Source of the DNA: Spirochaetia bacterium
GTDB taxonomy: Bacteria; Spirochaetota; Spirochaetia; CAKZLE01
NCBI GenBank assembly: GCA_963677595.1
Contig: OY782041.1
Span: 352,001 to 416,000 of the forward strand
Direction of reading: 5' to 3'
DNA length: 64,000 nucleotides
Shown: piece by piece, positions 58,046 through 64,000 of the stretch
Layout of the letters: each line of letters begins with the position of its first letter
How positions within the stretch are numbered: position 1 is the first letter of the stretch
Notes under the pieces: model-generated
Told to the model about the DNA's origin: nothing
Seen by the model: the letters and a program-made list of their open reading frames with translations, nothing else
Database searches by the model: none
Translations under genes and position numbers: made by a program

Positions 58046-58273
58046 TTATACCTTCTGTACCTTTCCGCTCTTCAAGCATCTAGTGCAGACTTTGATGGTC
58101 TTTGTGGTTCCTTCGATGTTGGCTTTGACTTTCACGATATTGGGCTTGAAGACACGTTTGGTCTTTACGCCGATGTGCTGCCCGACACCGCCTTTCTTCT
58201 TAGCCTGTCCTTTCCTTGGTACGTTATTTCCTGCGACCGTACCCTTTCCGCATATCTCACATCTACGTGCCAT
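58046..58273 (-). CDS. rpmB: 50S ribosomal protein L28 (Zn-binding form)
   Basis: MARRCEICGK...TKRVFKPN...KVCTRCLKSG, with RBS GGAG. Confidence 0.96.
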   Translation of the reverse strand: MARRCEICGKGTVAGNNVPRKGQAKKKGGVGQHIGVKTKRVFKPNIVKVKANIEGTTKTIKVCTRCLKSGKVQKV

Positions 58274-58464
58274 ACTATATCTCCACCTTATAGGAATAAT
58301 GCTATACATCTATGATCGAACATGTCTCATCTTCTCTTCTCCGGACATGCATCGACATCGCAGATATCAGAATATGAAACTATAGCTCGTTGAAAATAGC
58401 AAATAATCAGGATTATGTAAAGTCCTCTCTTGCAATTATTATGAATTTTGGTAAGGTGTGAACC

Positions 58465-58941
58465 ATGAACATCCTCCTGCATGCGCTGACACTCTCACAA
58501 TCGGCACACCTCGCGCTAACATCCTACAAGAGAACGCTCTACAGGGAATCTGACTGCGTCTCGGCGATCGCGCTGCCGCCGCTCATCCCCCTCGGCTGGG
58601 CACCTTCTGGATCCGGGTCTGATCCTCCCTATATCACCCCGCTCACCGAGCCGCTGGTAACGGGCACGATCCCCCTGCGTTCGGGAGATTCCTGGTACCT
58701 CCCGACAGACTGGACCCATAAGGGAGAAGATGGGGATCCCCACTCCATGCAGGGACTCTTTACGGTATACCCGGGGATCTACATCTGTGCCGCAGAAGAG
58801 GGGTTCATCCCCTCCCCCCTAGGGCAGTCCTGCAGGGTGACGGATCTCTGGCTTTCCACCTTCCGGCTCACCGTCAGGGAGACTGTCTCCTGGTGGGAAG
58901 ACCTCTTTGTCTCAACACTCTCTTCCAGGCATATCAGGTAA
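58465..58941 (+). CDS. Hypothetical protein
   Basis: A 158-aa ORF fills the gap, with AAGGTG upstream. No confident motif. Confidence 0.6.
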   Translation: MNILLHALTLSQSAHLALTSYKRTLYRESDCVSAIALPPLIPLGWAPSGSGSDPPYITPLTEPLVTGTIPLRSGDSWYLPTDWTHKGEDGDPHSMQGLFTVYPGIYICAAEEGFIPSPLGQSCRVTDLWLSTFRLTVRETVSWWEDLFVSTLSSRHIR

Positions 58942-59589
58942 TCAGAGGCCTGCCTTCAGGCAGATACCAGTGATCGGGCAGTCTGCACAGGAAGGCTTCC
59001 TGGCATGGCAGTACTCCCGTCCATGGTTGTTGACCGTCATGGAGAAGCGGTACTGGTACTGCTCATCGAGCAGCCCCGCGATCGCGTACTCCACCTTCAC
59101 GGGGTCGGTCTCTTCCGTCAGCCCGATCCGCTTCACCACCCGCTTGAAGTGGGTGTCCACGATGATCGCCGGTTGCCCGAAGACTGAACCGAGCACCACC
59201 CCGGCAGTCTTCCTCCCGACCCCCGGGAGGGTCACGAGCTCCTCCATGGTCCTTGGGACGTTCCCGCCGAACTCTTCGACGATTCCCCTGGCAGCCCCGA
59301 TGATGTTCTTTGCCTTCGCACGGTAGAAGCCGGTCGAGTGGATGATCCGCTCGACATCCGACTGGTCAGCAGCAGAGAGCTCCTCCGGGCCGGGATAGGC
59401 ACTGAAGAGCTCGCCACTGATCAGGTTGACCTGGCGGTCGGTCGTCTGGGCGGAGAGGATCACGGCTATCAGCAGCTCGTAGGGGCCCTGTGCATGGGCC
59501 TCGAGGAACCCGATCTTCTCTGGATAGAGTCGGTCAAGCCGTTCATGTACGGTGAGGGCAAGCTCCCTCTTCTGTGTGATCGTCATCAT
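58942..59589 (-). CDS. nth: Endonuclease III
   Basis: LIAVILSAQTTD, HhH LPGVGRKTA, VDTH and the 4Fe-4S motif C-x6-C-x2-C-x5-C. Confidence 0.96.
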   Translation of the reverse strand: MMTITQKRELALTVHERLDRLYPEKIGFLEAHAQGPYELLIAVILSAQTTDRQVNLISGELFSAYPGPEELSAADQSDVERIIHSTGFYRAKAKNIIGAARGIVEEFGGNVPRTMEELVTLPGVGRKTAGVVLGSVFGQPAIIVDTHFKRVVKRIGLTEETDPVKVEYAIAGLLDEQYQYRFSMTVNNHGREYCHARKPSCADCPITGICLKAGL

Positions 59590-59605
59590 CGCTCCTGGGA
59601 CTGAG

Positions 59606-59633
59606 AAGGCCCCTGATGACTGTCAGGGGCCTT
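59606..59633 (-). terminator. Hairpin downstream of the URO-D-like gene
   Basis: AAGGCCCCTGA-TGACTG-TCAGGGGCCTT. Confidence 0.6.
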
Positions 59634-59637
59634 GCGG

Positions 59638-61005
59638 TTACATATACTTCTTCAGCTCTTCCACGAGCTCGTCGGTACCCGGTATGATCGACGGGTACTT
59701 CAGCTCCCCGTTGATGTAGATACTCGGGAGGCAGGAGATCTTCAGCTTCTGTATCCTCGCGATATCATCGGGGTTGTTGTACTGGTAGGAGGCGAAATCG
59801 ACCGCATCGCCGAGCACCTCCTTCGCAGACTTCGCCGCTGCCTCCATGTAGGTGCAGGCGGCACAGGCTACCGGGTCGAGCAGGAAGGCCTCCATCAGGG
59901 GCTTCTCAAGGTTCTCGTAATCAGGCAGCGCGACTTCGATATCATCGAAGGAGGTGCCTGAATGGTTCTCGACGAGCTTACGTACCACCTCGGTCTCCTG
60001 GACAGCCTGAGCTACCGCTACGGCGTTCTGGGGCGGTACATCATAGGGCATGTCGCAGCCCGGGGCAACGATCAGGTTCTTCGTAGTCGAGAGCCCTGCC
60101 GCAGAAAGCCCGTCGAGCATGTCGACGGTGTACTTCATGTTGTCCTGCTGGTTGCCGAAGAGCATGACCGTGGTCAGCGGGATGTTACCCCCGAGCACGA
60201 CGTTGTGGCGGTCGGTGATCTTCTTGGCCTCGATCATACTGACGTTCTCGTCCACGGCGATCGCATCGGGACCGCACTGGCACATCAGGTCTATGTTGTG
60301 GATGGCATTCCCGCATACGAAGAAGGAGCTGTAGGCTCCCTTCTCCCGTATATAGGTAAAGAGCTTCGTATAGGGTTCGAGGAAGAACTGGGTGAAGTGC
60401 TTCGGCGAGATCTGCGACATGAGCGGGTCCACCGGCACGATGATGTCCATCTCCTCCTCGATGTAGAAATCAGACATCCGGCAGGCGACTTCGGTAGTAT
60501 AGGCAAGCAGTTCATGGAGGGCATCCGGGTTCTTGATCATGTCCATGAAGATCTTCGTCCCCCGCAGGTGGGAAGCCAGCGTGAAGGGACCGCAGAAGAG
60601 CCCGTAGAGAGCCGTGTGGTCCCCCACTGCCTCCTTGAACCGCCTCATGACGTTCCAGACCATGGGGAGCCTGCCGTCATCCTTCTCGATCATCTTCTCA
60701 GGGATCTTCGATTCCTTCTTCAAGGGATGGGAAACGACTGAGGGGAGGTTCTTCTCCACCCACTTCAGCTCGCAGCCGAGGATCTCGGCCTCGAGCTGCA
60801 GGTCGAACATGACCGTCTGCCCGTCCGGGCTGTAGAGCCTGTTCACCTCGAGCAGCGATTCCAGCAGCTTGTCCTCATCCTGGAGCACCTCCAGGGCATT
60901 GTATCCCTTCGTCTTCCCCGCATGGATCCCTGCATAGGGAACCCATGCAGGCCGCGGGACCTCCTTGTGATTCAGGATGTCAATGATCAACTCTTTTCCA
61001 TTCAT
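59638..61005 (-). CDS. Uroporphyrinogen decarboxylase / MtaA-CmuA family protein fused to a thioredoxin-like domain
   Basis: FDLQLEAEILGC, GPFTLASHLRG, DP...ISP, VCGN, LGGNIP and APGCD, with C-terminal CAAC...LPSIYING. Confidence 0.85.
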   Translation of the reverse strand: MNGKELIIDILNHKEVPRPAWVPYAGIHAGKTKGYNALEVLQDEDKLLESLLEVNRLYSPDGQTVMFDLQLEAEILGCELKWVEKNLPSVVSHPLKKESKIPEKMIEKDDGRLPMVWNVMRRFKEAVGDHTALYGLFCGPFTLASHLRGTKIFMDMIKNPDALHELLAYTTEVACRMSDFYIEEEMDIIVPVDPLMSQISPKHFTQFFLEPYTKLFTYIREKGAYSSFFVCGNAIHNIDLMCQCGPDAIAVDENVSMIEAKKITDRHNVVLGGNIPLTTVMLFGNQQDNMKYTVDMLDGLSAAGLSTTKNLIVAPGCDMPYDVPPQNAVAVAQAVQETEVVRKLVENHSGTSFDDIEVALPDYENLEKPLMEAFLLDPVACAACTYMEAAAKSAKEVLGDAVDFASYQYNNPDDIARIQKLKISCLPSIYINGELKYPSIIPGTDELVEELKKYM

Positions 61006-61033
61006 CCAACCGGTAGTTTCTCCTTATATGAAA

Positions 61034-63910
61034 TTATCTGACCTTGCCCAGTGCCCGGAGGATCTTCTCCGGGGTGATGGGCAGTTCTCTCATCCAGACG
61101 CCTACGGCATCATGGATGGCATTCGCGATTGCCGGAGCGGCGCCGTTCATGGCGATCTCCGATACGGACTTGCTCCCGAAGGGGCCGAAGGGGTCCGTCG
61201 TCTCGATGAGCTTCACCCTGAAGTCCCCGGGGATGTCCCCGATCATCGGGGCACCGTAGGACTCGAGGTCCGTGGTGAGGCAGGTCCCGTCAGCTGCCAG
61301 CTTCACCTCCTCATAGAGGGTATGGCCGATGGACTTCATGACCGCCCCGTAGATCTGGCCCTCTGCCAGTTCCGGGTTGATTGGTGTCCCGCAGTCCTGC
61401 AGTGCGTAGTACTTTTGGACGGTGACCTTCCCGGTCCTCCGGTCCACAGCCACCTGCACGAAGTGGGCACCGTAGGGGAAGGATGCATCGTCACAGGTGA
61501 ACGAGGCATGTCCCACGAGCTGGCCGATGCCGTCCCCACCATGGGTCGCCTGGGCGATCTCCCGGAAGGAGACTGAACCGCTGCGTCCGTTCACCTGCTC
61601 ATTGAACGCAAAAGTGAGATCGTCTGCGGGTTCGCCGAGCAGCGCTGCTGCAGATGCGAGGATCTTCTTCCGCAGCTCCTCCGCGGCGTTCCTGACGGCA
61701 CCGCCGGAGAAGAAGGTGCCGCTCGATGCGAAGGCACCGGTATCGAAGGGTGTCTGGTCGGTATCGCCGGAGATGATGGTGATGCGTGAGGGATCCATGT
61801 TGAGGATCTCGGCAGTCATCTTGACGCTGATGGTGTCGAGCCCGGTACCGAGGTCGGCCCCGCCCGAATGGATGATCACCGACCCGTCATTGAGCAGCTT
61901 CACCGAAGCGTTCGACAGGTCGAGCCCGGGGAGTCCTGATCCCTGCTGGATCAGCGCCATCCCCTTCCCGATCTTGATATCGATGTCACCACTGGTCTCT
62001 TTCTTTCCCCACTCGATCATCTTCGCGCCTTCTGATACCGCACGGGCAAGCCCGCAGCTCTTGATTACAGCAGGGGCTCCTTCCCGGCCCTCACCGAGGC
62101 ACCTGAGGATCTCGAGGGTGACACCCTCATCGACCCGGTTCTTCTCCACGACTTCGAGCATATCGATTCCGAGTGCATCGGAGAGCTCGGCGATGGCCAT
62201 ATGGAGTGCATAGTTTGCCTTAGGAGCACCATAGCCCTGGTAGGCTCCCGTCGGCATGATGTTCGAGTAGAAGACATTCACGTCAAATGCGATGTTGTCG
62301 CTCAGGTAGAGCGGCAGCGACTTGGAACAGCCGTTCATCGGGACGGTAAGGCAGTGGTTGCCGTACGGCCCGGTATTAGCCTTGAGGTCCATGTACATGG
62401 CGGTGAACGTCCCGTTCTTCTTCGCCCCGAGCTTCACCCGTATCTTCATCGGAAAACGGGAGACACTGTTGGTGTACTCCTCCTCCCTGGTGAAGTGGAA
62501 GAGGACCGGCTTCCCAGTCACCCAGGTGGCGAAGGCGCAGACATCCTCGAGGAGGATCTCCTGCTTGGAACCATAGCCGCCCCCGACTCGCTCCTTGATG
62601 ACACGGATCCGGTTCTCATCGATCCCGATCACCTTGGAGACGATCCTTCTCACGAAGAACGGGACCTGCGTCGAGGCATGGATGACGAGCCGGTCGGACT
62701 CCATCCTGGTATAGACGATATGGGTCTCGCAGGGAGTGCACTGGAACTGGCCGGTCTCATAGGTCCGCTCGATGACGGTATCAGCCTCGGCGAACCCCTT
62801 CTCGATGTCACCGATAGCCCCGGAGACGCTCGCAGCCTTGTTCACATGAGGGTCTGCCCCGATGGGGAACTGGATCTCGATCCTCCCGTCGCGCGGGTCG
62901 GCTCCCCGGTTCTTCTCCTCAAGGTCCTCAGGTGCCCCGACGGCATAGGAGACCTTGGCATTATGGACGATGGGTGCTCCCGGTGCTGAAGCCTCGTCGA
63001 TGGAGAACACAGGTTTGAGCACCTCGTATTCCACCATGATCGCATCAAGTGCGGCGATGGCATGCTCCTCGGTATCAGCCACGACGGCAGCTACCCGGTC
63101 GCCCACATGGTGGAGCTTCTGGGAGAACATGCGCCGGTCATAGGGGGAGGGTTCAGGGAACCCCTGTCCTGCAGGTGTGTAGTAGGTATCGGGGACGTTC
63201 TTGTAGGTGAGGACGAGCTCCACTCCCGGCTTGGTCTCAGCGACAGAGGTGTCGATCATCTTGATATAGGCATGGGCATGGGGACTGTGGAGCATCTTCA
63301 TGACCAGAGATCCCGGGAGCACCATATCCTCGACGAAGGCACGCTCCCCCCTGACGAGTTTCGCGCCGTCGACCTTCCGGTGTGCCTTGCCCACATACTT
63401 CAGGTCATCCCTGAACTCATCGCTCACGCGCATGACGGCATCAGAGTCCTTCATCCGCCTTTTTGCGAGTTCCACGGCATTGAAGAACTGCTCATAGCCG
63501 GTAGCACGGTTGTAGAGACCTGAGAGGGCATCCTTGATCTCTTCCCGGGTCGGGTCCGGCCTCCTCTCGAGCAGTTCGGTCAGCAGCAGCGCCGCTGCCG
63601 GTGCATTGTAGCCCGACTGGACGATCCCGGCATCGATCATGGCTGACTGCACGGGACTCAAGGGCCGGTCCATCGAGGCGAGGGACTCAGCCGTCCTGAT
63701 CTCGTGCCCGTCTATCTGGGCCGTGACCATCAGACCGGCATTCACCGGCCTGCCGTCAAAGAGGATCGTGTCAGACCCGACGAACCCACGGTGGTTGTCG
63801 CTGTCGCGCACGGAGAGCATCCCCAACCGCTTGAGGAACTCCTGCAGGTTCTCACCCGCGGATGCCTGTTCATTCCGGACTATGCCATTCAGGGTAAAAC
63901 TCACTTTCAT
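61034..63910 (-). CDS. xdhD: Molybdopterin oxidoreductase Mo-binding subunit with a Cys-less Fe-S-like N-domain (XdhD/YgfN-type)
   Basis: The N-terminus SVRDSD..GFVGSD, QSGYN.PAAAL resembles E. coli XdhD as I recall it. Also VGGGYGSKQ, GAYQGYGAP, GADLGTG and GPFGSKSVSE. Confidence 0.88.
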   Translation of the reverse strand: MKVSFTLNGIVRNEQASAGENLQEFLKRLGMLSVRDSDNHRGFVGSDTILFDGRPVNAGLMVTAQIDGHEIRTAESLASMDRPLSPVQSAMIDAGIVQSGYNAPAAALLLTELLERRPDPTREEIKDALSGLYNRATGYEQFFNAVELAKRRMKDSDAVMRVSDEFRDDLKYVGKAHRKVDGAKLVRGERAFVEDMVLPGSLVMKMLHSPHAHAYIKMIDTSVAETKPGVELVLTYKNVPDTYYTPAGQGFPEPSPYDRRMFSQKLHHVGDRVAAVVADTEEHAIAALDAIMVEYEVLKPVFSIDEASAPGAPIVHNAKVSYAVGAPEDLEEKNRGADPRDGRIEIQFPIGADPHVNKAASVSGAIGDIEKGFAEADTVIERTYETGQFQCTPCETHIVYTRMESDRLVIHASTQVPFFVRRIVSKVIGIDENRIRVIKERVGGGYGSKQEILLEDVCAFATWVTGKPVLFHFTREEEYTNSVSRFPMKIRVKLGAKKNGTFTAMYMDLKANTGPYGNHCLTVPMNGCSKSLPLYLSDNIAFDVNVFYSNIMPTGAYQGYGAPKANYALHMAIAELSDALGIDMLEVVEKNRVDEGVTLEILRCLGEGREGAPAVIKSCGLARAVSEGAKMIEWGKKETSGDIDIKIGKGMALIQQGSGLPGLDLSNASVKLLNDGSVIIHSGGADLGTGLDTISVKMTAEILNMDPSRITIISGDTDQTPFDTGAFASSGTFFSGGAVRNAAEELRKKILASAAALLGEPADDLTFAFNEQVNGRSGSVSFREIAQATHGGDGIGQLVGHASFTCDDASFPYGAHFVQVAVDRRTGKVTVQKYYALQDCGTPINPELAEGQIYGAVMKSIGHTLYEEVKLAADGTCLTTDLESYGAPMIGDIPGDFRVKLIETTDPFGPFGSKSVSEIAMNGAAPAIANAIHDAVGVWMRELPITPEKILRALGKVR

Positions 63911-64000
63911 GACAGCACCTCCCTGCATGCTTCGGCACATGCGATCACGGTCCGTGCCGCAATGTAATTCTTATAGGCTGCAGTCCCTGCTGCATCACTG
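63907..64000 (-). CDS. 3' end of a FAD-binding subunit (YgfM/CoxM-like), partial
   Basis: The minus strand reads SDAAGTAAYKNYIAARTVIACAEACREVLS*, like the D.RGS..Y(K/R) C-terminus of Mo-enzyme flavoproteins. It has an ATGA overlap with xdhD. Confidence 0.65.
   Translation of the reverse strand, partial: SDAAGTAAYKNYIAARTVIACAEACREVLS

Noticed and set aside
63500-63910. 2Fe-2S-like domain lacking all cysteines at the N-terminus of the molybdoenzyme
   Set aside because: As I recall, this is the normal state of E. coli XdhD/YgfN-type proteins, so it is not novel.
1-64000. Genome-wide TAG reassignment (alternative genetic code) suggested by two in-frame ambers
   Set aside because: TAG is the evident true stop of many full-length genes here (for example those ending at 3983, 4026, 9784, 46695, 54124 and 55425). 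The two internal ambers also fall at different expected residues (Gln and Trp).

Overview
This is a 64-kb bacterial chromosomal segment, most likely from a fermentative Spirochaetales organism (Sphaerochaeta/Pleomorphochaeta-like). That placement is inferred from 'FAGGxxE' solute-binding leaders, an L28 with the long loop, and the many sugar ABC systems. Content is mostly catabolic and housekeeping: two sugar ABC clusters, galT/galK, thrA/thrC, rpmB, nth, recQ, MATE/MarR, a DapA-YfcC-M20 operon, cyuA-like, a sucrose-phosphate synthase-type fusion, and xdhD with a URO-D/thioredoxin fusion. I found no rRNA, tRNA or CRISPR array. Four genes are broken: two by complete IS elements with visible IRs and target duplications (ISAzo13 family, IS1634 family) and two by single in-frame TAG codons (GSIII, a lipoprotein). 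The most notable observations are: (1) a stand-alone F-type ATP synthase c-subunit homolog with a signal peptide and no ion-binding carboxylate; (2) a two-component locus whose two convergent transcription units share a 32/37-bp promoter and a homologous leader, linking an outer-membrane barrel to two His-tailed secreted repeat proteins; (3) an IS1634 element carrying a divergent Cys/His-rich ORF, with two overlapping promoters built into one symmetric palindrome; (4) a ThrA whose aspartokinase domain looks catalytically dead. All family calls come from motif recognition, not database searches.
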